The notes beneath the pieces were generated by a model that saw nothing but the letters and a program-made list of their open reading frames with translations, had not been told where the DNA came from and did no database searches. The position numbers and the translations under genes are program-made. Positions 17,277 through 25,081 of a DNA stretch of 57,104 nt are shown piece after piece. This DNA is from Candidatus Levyibacteriota bacterium (GTDB lineage: Bacteria > Patescibacteriota > Microgenomatia > Levybacterales > UBA12049): contig JACOXW010000012.1 in the NCBI GenBank assembly GCA_016182205.1, forward strand, positions 1 through 57,104, read 5' to 3'. Positions within the stretch are counted from its first letter, which is position 1. Each line of letters begins with the position of its first letter.

Positions 17277-17771
17277 TCAACTCCGGCGAAATACTTTCTC
17301 CACAGCCTTTCTTGCTATTTCAAAACTAAATCCTTTTCTGACCAGGAATCCCCCAGCCCTTTGATACAGTTTTTCCCGTTCCAAACCTTCATATTGTCTT
17401 TTTCGTTTTTCCAAAAGTCCTGTTGCTAAAGATAACTCGCTTGTTATATTTTTTCGTTCTTCTAAAACTCTTTCTACAATCTCAAGCAAGACTCCTTTTT
17501 GCATCAACTCTTGTTTAAGTAGGCGCAAACCTTTTGGCTTGAATTCCGTTCTTTGTCGCACCATCATCCGTGCGAACTCCTCATCATTTAAAAATTTGTG
17601 CTCAAGAAGTTTTTCAATTATTCTATCTACCAATGAAGCATCTACTTCTTCTACTTTCCCTCTACTTCCTCTACTTTTCTTTTGGAGATGATCTCTAACT
17701 TCTTTTATACTTCGGGGTCTATAGGAAAGATAACGAAGCGTTGCGTTATAATATTTTTCAAACGCATCCAT
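17277..17771 (-). CDS. recX: recombination regulator RecX
   Basis: RecX-like helical repeats (YLSYRPRSIKEVRDHL...), positioned immediately downstream of recA. Confidence 0.8.
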   Translation of the reverse strand: MDAFEKYYNATLRYLSYRPRSIKEVRDHLQKKSRGSRGKVEEVDASLVDRIIEKLLEHKFLNDEEFARMMVRQRTEFKPKGLRLLKQELMQKGVLLEIVERVLEERKNITSELSLATGLLEKRKRQYEGLEREKLYQRAGGFLVRKGFSFEIARKAVEKVFRRS

Positions 17772-17777
17772 GGAAGA

Positions 17778-18878
17778 CTATGCTGCTTTTTGGTCTTCTT
17801 CGTCTTCAGTCTCTTCCATACCAACTGCCATTGGTGTTGCGCCAGTCTTACTCTGCGTCATTATCTCTGAAACAATCTTTTTTGCAACATCAGCATGCTC
17901 TTTTAGATATTCTTGTGTCGCGACTTTTCCTTGCCCAATCATTTCTTCACCATACCGATAGAATGCACCAGATTTTTTAATGATTCCCATCTCCACTCCT
18001 ACATCCATGATCCCGCCTTCCCTGGAAATACCACTCACACTCACTTCAAATTCAGCGATTCTGAAAGGTGTTGAAACTTTATTTTTTACTACCTTTACTC
18101 TGTGTCGTGATCCGACAACTTTATCACCATCTTTAAGCGTTTCAATTTTTCGAACATCCATTCTGACAGATGCGTAGAATTTCAATGCCAAACCACCAGT
18201 GGTTGTCTCGGGATTTCCAAACATCACTCCAATTTTTTGCCGAAGTTGATTGGTAAAAATACACACGGTTTTGGATTTGGAAATAACACCTGTAAGTTTT
18301 CTAAGCGCTTGCGACATAAGTCTTGCCTGAAGACCCATCATCGAATCTCCCATTTCACCTTCTATTTCTGCCCTTGGTACCAATGCTGCAACAGAATCGA
18401 TCACCAAGACGTCAATTCCGCCAGAGCGTATCAAACTCTCAGCAATTTCAAGAGCCTGCTCACCCGTATCTGGCTGAGAAATAAGAAGTTCATCAAGCTT
18501 TACCCCTATGCTTTCTGCCCACAATGGATCAAGCGCATGTTCTGCATCTATAAATGCTGCAACTCCTCCATGTTTTTGTGCTTGAGCAATAGTTGAAAGA
18601 CAAATTGTAGTTTTTCCTGAAGCTTCAGGACCGTAGATTTCTATAATTCTGCCTCTTGGAAGCCCCCCAACGCCAAGTGCTAAATCAAGTGGCAAGCAAC
18701 CTGTTGAGATAACAGAAATATCCAGTTTTCCTGCAGCTTCACCAAACCTCATGATAGAACCCCTTCCGTACTGCTTTTCGATTTGATCCATTGCCATTTG
18801 GATAGCATTCATTTTTTGTGAGGCTTCTTTTTGTTGACCATTAGGTTCTGTGGATTCGTGTGTTCGGGGTCGTGCCAT
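17778..18878 (-). CDS. recA: recombinase RecA
   Basis: [13 protein letters not shown] (Walker A), [10 protein letters not shown] and VIDSVAAL. There is an N-terminal extension of about 20 aa and an acidic C-terminal tail. Confidence 0.95.
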   Translation of the reverse strand: MARPRTHESTEPNGQQKEASQKMNAIQMAMDQIEKQYGRGSIMRFGEAAGKLDISVISTGCLPLDLALGVGGLPRGRIIEIYGPEASGKTTICLSTIAQAQKHGGVAAFIDAEHALDPLWAESIGVKLDELLISQPDTGEQALEIAESLIRSGGIDVLVIDSVAALVPRAEIEGEMGDSMMGLQARLMSQALRKLTGVISKSKTVCIFTNQLRQKIGVMFGNPETTTGGLALKFYASVRMDVRKIETLKDGDKVVGSRHRVKVVKNKVSTPFRIAEFEVSVSGISREGGIMDVGVEMGIIKKSGAFYRYGEEMIGQGKVATQEYLKEHADVAKKIVSEIMTQSKTGATPMAVGMEETEDEEDQKAA

Positions 18879-18960
18879 ATTTGAGCTTATTGTAACAAGT
18901 TTATGTTAAAATGCAATAAGCATTTGACTAATTATCAATTAGTAATTACGAATTGCGATC

Positions 18961-19031
18961 CGGGGTATAGTTTAGTGGTAGAATGAGCGGCTGGGGGTCG
19001 CTTGGTCTCGGTTCGATTCCGAGTACCCCGA
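18961..19031 (+). tRNA. tRNA-Pro, anticodon GGG
   Basis: Manual cloverleaf. Acceptor CGGGGTA/TACCCCG. Anticodon arm AGCGG-CTGGGGG-TCGCT. T arm CTCGG-TTCGATT-CCGAG. Discriminator A. Confidence 0.85.
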
Positions 19032-19499
19032 CAGATTTGAGAGGGTATCTAGCATTTTTAAAAGTGCTTGGGCGGCTTCGATTCCTTTGTTATGTTCGCC
19101 ACTGGCTCTTTTTTCTGCTTGAGCCAAACCATATGTTGCCAATACCTCAAATACAACTGGAGTATTCTCTGCAAGAGAAATTTGCATGAGTGCTTGAGAG
19201 CACTGATTGGCTATCATCTCAAAATGATATGTCTCGCCTTTTATAATCACGCCAAATGTAACAATACCATGATATTTCTTGGATTGTGCGACACGTTGGA
19301 CAACAAGGGGAATTTCCCACGATCCAGGAACATAAAAATAGTCAATATTCTTCTCGTTAACTCCTGCTTGTATTAAAAAGTCAGCACAGGACTTTTCCAT
19401 CTTTCTTGTGATCTCCTCATGATAAAGACTGGTAACGATCGCAATTCTAGTGCGTTCATTCACCTTAATATACATAGGTTGTTTTGCTTTATTTTGCAT
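18972..19499 (-). CDS. ribH: 6,7-dimethyl-8-ribityllumazine synthase
   Basis: IAIVTSLYHEEIT, VPGSWEIP, GVIIKGETYHFE and NKGIEAAQA are RibH motifs. The 3' 60 nt run antisense through tRNA-Pro. Confidence 0.8.
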   Translation of the reverse strand: MQNKAKQPMYIKVNERTRIAIVTSLYHEEITRKMEKSCADFLIQAGVNEKNIDYFYVPGSWEIPLVVQRVAQSKKYHGIVTFGVIIKGETYHFEMIANQCSQALMQISLAENTPVVFEVLATYGLAQAEKRASGEHNKGIEAAQALLKMLDTLSNLSGYSESNRDQATPSRSFYH

Positions 19500-19534
19500 A
19501 ATCGGTTAATTTTAAACAAGAAAGATAGAGATAT

Positions 19535-20572
19535 TTAATCTTTATAAATTTTTTCTCCATCCAGCTCATCTTCAATATGATAGCCATTTTCATGAAACTG
19601 TTGTCGTATCGCATCAGCTTTTACAAAATCTTTTTGTGTTTTTGCCAATCGTCTTTTTTCAAGTAATGTTTGTAAAACTTCTGGAAGATCATTTTGTGCA
19701 ATATGTTCATGTACCTCTTTTTCATGTTTGAAAATATTTTGTAATGTTTTTTTTGATGGAATCATTTGCATTTTTTTAATCGAATCAAACATATACGTTT
19801 TTCCTTGTTCAAGTGTAACTGTTTTTTCATTTTGCAGAATATGAACAGAACCGACGCCTTCAACGGAGAAAATATCTTGCTGGAAATCAAAAATAATTGC
19901 TGTCTGTTCGTCAATACCAAGAACTTTTGCTTCTTTTGGAAGCATGGCACGCAATCTTCCAAACCGCTCTTCTCCCATATAGCAATATCGTGTATCAAGT
20001 CCTTCTCCACCTTCATGATTATTCCAATGAGTAACAACAGAAATAGGAAGACCAAATTCTGTCAAAACATTTAGACCTTTCTCCCAATATAAATCCGCCC
20101 CTGCTTTATATATTTCATAAACTGGGAGGGCGAACTCGCCAAATGAAATGGCAGCAGCACTGGAGAGTGCCAACGTTGCCCCAACCTTGAATCTCTCAAC
20201 AATAGCCGTTAAGGCTTTTGAGTTTTTAAGTATCCTAACTGTATATGTAGGACTACCTGGACCTAAGAATATGTAATCTGCGGTAGCAACTGGAGTCAGA
20301 AGAGTTGTGTTGTCTGGACTGAATTCTGATCCTTTTCTTCTTGCCGGAATAATTGATACATTTTTTGTAAATTCCGCAAGCGAATGATGAAAAACATCGG
20401 CAATATCACAAGCTACCAATGCTGAGTTGGGTTGGAAACCTGCGGGAGTCTCTAGAATAACGATATTTTGTTTTTTTGATACTGTTTTAAGAACTTTTCT
20501 GTGGATCTTTCTTCCAGTTGGTGATGTCTCACCTGACCCAAATAAGACTAATTTACCGAAAGGAGATTGCAT
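19535..20572 (-). CDS. hypothetical protein: peptidase-S51/class-I amidotransferase-like N-terminal region plus CysS/YqeB-type C-terminal domain
   Basis: The N-terminal VLFGSGETSPTG...IFLGPGSPTY weakly resembles the S51 fold. The C-terminal LLEKRRLAKTQKDFVKADAIRQQFHENGYHIEDELDGEKI matches the conserved C-terminal domain of cysteinyl-tRNA synthetase. Confidence 0.6.
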   Translation of the reverse strand: MQSPFGKLVLFGSGETSPTGRKIHRKVLKTVSKKQNIVILETPAGFQPNSALVACDIADVFHHSLAEFTKNVSIIPARRKGSEFSPDNTTLLTPVATADYIFLGPGSPTYTVRILKNSKALTAIVERFKVGATLALSSAAAISFGEFALPVYEIYKAGADLYWEKGLNVLTEFGLPISVVTHWNNHEGGEGLDTRYCYMGEERFGRLRAMLPKEAKVLGIDEQTAIIFDFQQDIFSVEGVGSVHILQNEKTVTLEQGKTYMFDSIKKMQMIPSKKTLQNIFKHEKEVHEHIAQNDLPEVLQTLLEKRRLAKTQKDFVKADAIRQQFHENGYHIEDELDGEKIYKD

Positions 20573-20596
20573 GAAAGTATTGTAACACAGCTAATT

Positions 20597-21061
20597 TTAG
20601 CGCTTTGGAGATTGCTTTTTCCTTCTTGACTTTCCGCCCATTCCCACTTTTCTACGTTGTCTAACGCGCGAATCACGTGTTAAAAGACCTTTCTTTTTCA
20701 AAATTGGTCTATGCCCAGAATCATGTTCTACCAACGAGCGCGCGACACCGTGAATGACAGCCCTAAGTTGTCCTGCTTTTCCCCCACCCAATACCTTTAC
20801 CGTAAATGAGTATTTTGTAGCAGTATTTGTGGATCTTAATAAGTCTTCATAAGCAGTTTTACCTGACAAACTTTTAAAGTATTCTTCAAAGGGCATATGA
20901 TTGACAAAGACTTGCCCCACTTTTACATCTGCACCATCCCATGTCATAGCACCTTTATGAAGCCTTACACGTGCCACAGCTTCTCTTCTTCTTCCCACTG
21001 CATGGGTGTATGTTCTTTTTACTGTTTTTTCTTTTTGTACTACCGGATTTATAGCTGCCAT
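20597..21061 (-). CDS. rpsI: 30S ribosomal protein S9
   Basis: The C-terminal RDSRVRQRRKVGMGGKSRRKKQSPKR region and GGGKAGQ are S9 motifs. Confidence 0.95.
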   Translation of the reverse strand: MAAINPVVQKEKTVKRTYTHAVGRRREAVARVRLHKGAMTWDGADVKVGQVFVNHMPFEEYFKSLSGKTAYEDLLRSTNTATKYSFTVKVLGGGKAGQLRAVIHGVARSLVEHDSGHRPILKKKGLLTRDSRVRQRRKVGMGGKSRRKKQSPKR

Positions 21062-21483
21062 TATTTGTTACTCCCTTCTTTTTGTGCTGGTTGTTCCTCC
21101 GAATAGATAGTAAGCCGTTTCATCATTCTATCACGAAGTTTGTTTTGGGGTAACATTCCTTTTACCGCATGCTCTATCAAACCTTGCGGTTTACGTGCTC
21201 GAATTTGCCCTGCTGTCTCAATTCTAAGACCACCTGGATAACCTGAATAGCGATAATATTTTTTGTCTGATTCTTTCTTACCTGTAAGTATTACATGTTT
21301 TGCATTGATAACAGTTACAAAATCACCACAATCCTGATTACGCACGAAATAGGGTTTTGCTTTTCCCATAAGCAGCTTTGCAATATCTGTCGCAACACGC
21401 CCAAGAATTTTTCCTTTTATATCCACAGTATGTTTTTCTCTTTTTATTTCTGCAGTTTTTGTCGGTTGAGTAACTTTATTCAT
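21061..21483 (-). CDS. rplM: 50S ribosomal protein L13
   Basis: GRVATDIAKLLMGK...YYRYSGYPGG are L13 motifs. Confidence 0.95.
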   Translation of the reverse strand: MNKVTQPTKTAEIKREKHTVDIKGKILGRVATDIAKLLMGKAKPYFVRNQDCGDFVTVINAKHVILTGKKESDKKYYRYSGYPGGLRIETAGQIRARKPQGLIEHAVKGMLPQNKLRDRMMKRLTIYSEEQPAQKEGSNK

Positions 21484-21498
21484 ATTAGCTTAACTATA

Positions 21499-22023
21499 CT
21501 ATTTTTCGTTTTTTATGGCTTTTTTCGGCCTTTTTATCTTTGCTATTTTCGGTTTTTTCGTTTTTACTTCTTGTTCTAATTTCTCTCCTTTTTTCTTTCT
21601 AGGTTGCCCTCTTTGTGTTTTTATTTCTTTTTTTTCTTCCTTCCCTTGTTTTTCTTTCACTATTGCTTTTTCTCCCTCAACCCATTCCATAATGACCATT
21701 TCTGCGTTATCGTTGAAGCGTTTTCCCAACTTAATAAGCCGCGTATAACCGCCTGATCTGCCATTAAATCTCTTTACTACATCGTTAAGAAGCTTATCAA
21801 CAGCGGCAGGAATCAAGTCCACAGACAACAACTTTTTCGCAAGCAGCTTGTTTTTTCGTGCTTTAGTAATCAATTTATCTGCACTAGACCGAATTGCTTT
21901 TGCTTTCGGTTCCGTCGTCCTTATACGTCCATGCAGTACCAATTGCGACATAAGCCCTTTAAAAAGCGCTTTCCTTTCATTTACGTCTCTTTTGAATTTT
22001 CTTCCAAATACATTTTTTTTCAT
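21499..22023 (-). CDS. rplQ: 50S ribosomal protein L17 with a Lys/Glu-rich C-terminal extension
   Basis: GRKFKRDVNERKALFKGL...GGYTRLIKL is the L17 core. A basic tail of about 55 aa follows. Confidence 0.93.
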   Translation of the reverse strand: MKKNVFGRKFKRDVNERKALFKGLMSQLVLHGRIRTTEPKAKAIRSSADKLITKARKNKLLAKKLLSVDLIPAAVDKLLNDVVKRFNGRSGGYTRLIKLGKRFNDNAEMVIMEWVEGEKAIVKEKQGKEEKKEIKTQRGQPRKKKGEKLEQEVKTKKPKIAKIKRPKKAIKNEK

Positions 22024-22048
22024 AGGTATATTATCCGGTATATGTAAT

Positions 22049-22100
22049 AAAAAAATGCTCCACTGACTGACGACCTCAAAAGCGTCAATCTTTGTGGAGC
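22049..22100 (-). terminator. intrinsic-terminator-like hairpin plus U7 between rpoA and rplQ
   Basis: On the minus strand, GCUCCAC...GUGGAGC (22057-22063 / 22094-22100) has an inner GACG/CGUC helix. It is followed by A and U7 (22049-22055). Confidence 0.55.
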
Positions 22101-22141
22101 GTCACTCAAGTAGGAATACTCAGTTACCCGCCTAGGCGGTT

Positions 22142-23071
22142 TTAAACCGATTGAAGAGATACTCCTTTTTCTTTGAGTTTCTCTTCAATAATACTGATAG
22201 ATTTACCACCCATATTTCTCATCGTCATTAAATCTTTTCGTGCGGTATTCACAAGCTGATCCAATGTTTCAATGCCACCGTTTCGAAGACTGTTATAAAT
22301 TCTGGTAGGAAGATCCAACTCATCAATAGTGAGTTTTAAAAGATCATTTGGAATATTTGACGTAGCTTTACCGCTTTCTGATTGAGGAAGTGCCGCTTTC
22401 GGCTCAAAAATCTGAAGGAAGTATGAGGATAATACTTTTGCTGCTTGTGCTATTGCATCTTTTGGTGCCACCGTACCGTCTGTCCATATCTGAATAACTA
22501 GCTTATCTAAGTTTGTTTGTCTTCCTACGCGAGTAGCCTCAACAGTATAATTTACCCGTCTGATAGGAGTAAAAATGGCATCAGTAGGAATGGTTCCTAA
22601 AGATCCCGCTTTTTGCTCTTCTGCCAATGCATATCCATACCCTCGCTCTACGGTAAGCTCCATATCCAGCTTACCTTTTTTATCTGATAGTGATCCTATG
22701 TAGTGACTTGTATTTGATATCTCTACGCCATCCGATAGTTCCAAATCAGCTGCCGTAATATCCTTGGGTCCTTTCACTGAAAGTTTTACTGTAGCTGATG
22801 TCTTAGAATCTAAAAGACGAAAACTTATTCCTTTGATGTTTAAAAGAAGATCAACAATATTTTCCTTCAGTCCTGGAAGCGTAGAAAATTTGTGCTTAAC
22901 TGAAGCAATCTTTACTGACGTTACTGCTGCGCCAGGAATAGAGTTAAGCAATACTCTTCTTAATGCATTTCCAATGGTATGGCCAAAACCAGGCTCAAGC
23001 GGCTCAATAGCGAACTCACCATAATCGGCCGTTTCGCTCATCGCTGTAATTTTAAAGTTTGGATCCATCAT
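22142..23071 (-). CDS. rpoA: DNA-directed RNA polymerase subunit alpha
   Basis: The N-terminal domain has GHTIGNALRRVLL. The C-terminal domain has LDLPTRIYNSLRNGGIETLDQL. Confidence 0.95.
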   Translation of the reverse strand: MMDPNFKITAMSETADYGEFAIEPLEPGFGHTIGNALRRVLLNSIPGAAVTSVKIASVKHKFSTLPGLKENIVDLLLNIKGISFRLLDSKTSATVKLSVKGPKDITAADLELSDGVEISNTSHYIGSLSDKKGKLDMELTVERGYGYALAEEQKAGSLGTIPTDAIFTPIRRVNYTVEATRVGRQTNLDKLVIQIWTDGTVAPKDAIAQAAKVLSSYFLQIFEPKAALPQSESGKATSNIPNDLLKLTIDELDLPTRIYNSLRNGGIETLDQLVNTARKDLMTMRNMGGKSISIIEEKLKEKGVSLQSV

Positions 23072-23083
23072 AATAATTTCTCT

Positions 23084-23092
23084 ATTTTACCA
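23084..23092 (-). promoter_or_regulatory. candidate internal extended -10 promoter (TGGTAAAAT) upstream of rpoA
   Basis: The reverse complement of ATTTTACCA at 23084-23092, 13 nt before the rpoA ATG. Confidence 0.35.
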
Positions 23093-23144
23093 AAAAAATT
23101 CACCACTAGCAAGGCTAGGGCACTAATAAGCACCTATTGTACCA

Positions 23145-23741
23145 CTATCTTGAGTAATATTCAATAATCAACTGTGTATCAAAAGGAACCTCGATATCTT
23201 CCCGTTTTGGCATTCTGAGTAACTTTCCTACCGATTTTTCTTTCGAAAGAAATGTGAGAACGTCTTTCTGATCTTCCGTGGGCTCGTCTATTTCCCCTTT
23301 AAGTTTGGGGGAAAGTGTAATAATATCTCCTTCTTTTACCTGGTAAGAAGGTATTGTAACCTTTTTATCATTCACCAATACATGGCCGTGTGAAACAAAT
23401 TGCCTTCCCTGAAATCTAGTTTTAGCAAAACCGAGTCGATAAACTACATTGTCCAAACGCGTTTCCAAAAGGGCTATAAGCAATTCACCTGTTTCTCCCT
23501 TTCTCTTCTGTACATCCTGTACCATTCTTTTAAACTGTCTCTCCAAGAGCCCATAAACAGCTTTTGCACGCTGCTTTTCACGAAGTTGCTGCCCGAATTC
23601 TGAAGGAGCACGCTTTCTTTTCCTTCCATGAACTCCAGGAGGAATATTTAACCGCCTCTGCAACGTACCTGTTGTTTTATCCAGAACGTTTATTCCTTCC
23701 CGTCGTGCTAATTTATGTTTTGGTCCTCTATATCTAGCCAT
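23145..23741 (-). CDS. rpsD: 30S ribosomal protein S4
   Basis: MARYRGPKHKLARREG is the canonical S4 N-terminus. I trimmed the ORF-track extension that overlaps rpsK. Confidence 0.95.
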   Translation of the reverse strand: MARYRGPKHKLARREGINVLDKTTGTLQRRLNIPPGVHGRKRKRAPSEFGQQLREKQRAKAVYGLLERQFKRMVQDVQKRKGETGELLIALLETRLDNVVYRLGFAKTRFQGRQFVSHGHVLVNDKKVTIPSYQVKEGDIITLSPKLKGEIDEPTEDQKDVLTFLSKEKSVGKLLRMPKREDIEVPFDTQLIIEYYSR

Positions 23742-23748
23742 AATTCTC

Positions 23749-24177
23749 CTATACTCTCCTCTTTTTCTTCGGCCTTGGTCCGTTGTGCGGAATTGCCGTA
23801 ACGTCAGCAATAAGAGAAATACCAAGTCCCGCTGCTTTAATCGCACGAAGCGCTGAATCGCGCCCTGATCCTGGACCTTTTACATAGACTTCAACACTTT
23901 TTATCCCTTTTTCAAATGCTCTCTTTGCTGCATCTTCCATAGCAATTGACGCAGCATATGGTGTAGATTTTCGCGTGCCCTTAAAGCCGCGTGAACCGGA
24001 TGAACTCCACGCAACTACATCACCGTTATCGTTGGTGATAGAAACCAAAGTGTTATTAAAGGTTGCAGTAATAAATGCTTTCCCAAATTGTGTTATTTTT
24101 GCACCTTGCTTTTTTCGGATTTCCGAAGTCGTTTTAGAAGATTTTGTTGTTTTTTTTACCGTTTTCTTTGCTGTCAT
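23749..24177 (-). CDS. rpsK: 30S ribosomal protein S11
   Basis: [16 protein letters not shown]...[18 protein letters not shown] is the S11 signature. Confidence 0.95.
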   Translation of the reverse strand: MTAKKTVKKTTKSSKTTSEIRKKQGAKITQFGKAFITATFNNTLVSITNDNGDVVAWSSSGSRGFKGTRKSTPYAASIAMEDAAKRAFEKGIKSVEVYVKGPGSGRDSALRAIKAAGLGISLIADVTAIPHNGPRPKKKRRV

Positions 24178-24193
24178 ATTGTATTGTACTTAA

Positions 24194-24598
24194 TTATTTC
24201 TTTGCTACTGCTGCTTGCTCCATCTTTGTAGCAAGCTCTTTTTTAATAGCACCAATCGTCACACGTTTTCCTCGTTTTGTGCGCGCATTTGATCGTGTAC
24301 GTTGCCCTCGCACCGGAAGATTTCTATTATGTCTATGCCCTCTATATGTTCCTGTTTCTTTCAATCGTTTAATATTACTTATGGTTTCAGCACGAAGATC
24401 ACCTTCAGTTTTGTAAGCCTCAATCGCTTTCTGAAGACGTTTCATCTCTTCTTCGCTCAACCCCTTTATACGTTTCGCAGGATCTATCTGCGCTTTTTCT
24501 AACACTTTATACGCATTAGACCTGCCAATTCCATAGAGATAGGTAATTCCTATATCTACTCTTTTCTCATCCGGTATATTTACTCCTGAAATTCTCAT
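24194..24598 (-). CDS. rpsM: 30S ribosomal protein S13
   Basis: MRISGVNIPDEKRVDIGITYLYGIG...YRGHRH is the S13 signature. Confidence 0.95.
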   Translation of the reverse strand: MRISGVNIPDEKRVDIGITYLYGIGRSNAYKVLEKAQIDPAKRIKGLSEEEMKRLQKAIEAYKTEGDLRAETISNIKRLKETGTYRGHRHNRNLPVRGQRTRSNARTKRGKRVTIGAIKKELATKMEQAAVAKK

Positions 24599-24613
24599 AG
24601 TTCGCTTTCGCTC

Positions 24614-24708
24614 AAGTTTAAAGTGAAAAGTTAAAAATTAAAAGTCAATGGAATCTATTTATATAATTCCCATTCAATTTTGAACTTTTCACTTTGCATT
24701 TTAAACTT
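24614..24708 (-). promoter_or_regulatory. ~95-nt imperfect palindrome forming the rpsM (alpha-operon) leader
   Basis: A perfect 13-bp inverted repeat pairs 24620-24632 with 24683-24695. Six more bp extend it (24614-24619 / 24703-24708). An inner GGAAT/ATTCC helix is also present. It lies between rpmJ and rpsM. Confidence 0.5.
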
Positions 24709-24710
24709 CT

Positions 24711-24824
24711 TTACCCTTGACGCTGATTATGACGCGGATTTTCGCATATAATGCGAACAACGCCTTTGCGTCTTATGATCTTACATTTTGCGCACCTTGG
24801 TTTTACACTGGCTTGTACTTTCAT
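24711..24824 (-). CDS. rpmJ: 50S ribosomal protein L36
   Basis: Hand translation gives [37 protein letters not shown] (37 aa). It is below the ORF-track length cutoff. Its ATG overlaps the infA stop (TAATG). Confidence 0.92.
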   Translation of the reverse strand: MKVQASVKPRCAKCKIIRRKGVVRIICENPRHNQRQG

Positions 24825-25042
24825 TATCTTTGTCTGTATATAATTCTCCCTTTTTCGGAATCATATGGCGTCATCTCTACACGAACTTTATCTCCAGGCA
24901 AAATCTTAATAAAATGCATTCTCATTTTTCCTGACAGATGACATAACACTACTTGTCCATTTGATAACTCTACCCGAAATAACGTATTTGGTAAAGACTC
25001 TTTTACAATTCCATCCACTTCAAATGATCCCTGATGTGTCAT
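24824..25042 (-). CDS. infA: translation initiation factor IF-1
   Basis: [35 protein letters not shown]...[12 protein letters not shown] is the S1-like IF-1 sequence. The start is trimmed to MTHQG. Confidence 0.93.
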   Translation of the reverse strand: MTHQGSFEVDGIVKESLPNTLFRVELSNGQVVLCHLSGKMRMHFIKILPGDKVRVEMTPYDSEKGRIIYRQR

Positions 25043-25081
25043 AGAGACAATTATTATACCAAATAAGCCTATAAAGAGCAA

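Noticed and set aside
21295-21748. Plus-strand Phe/Ser-rich ORFs (94 and 77 aa).
   Set aside because: They are antisense to rplM and to the Lys-rich tail of rplQ, so they are shadow ORFs.
23742-23846. The N-terminal extension of the rpsD ORF (MRLKQRDLV...).
   Set aside because: It overlaps the 3' end of rpsK in another frame. The canonical S4 N-terminus MARYRGPK starts at 23741.
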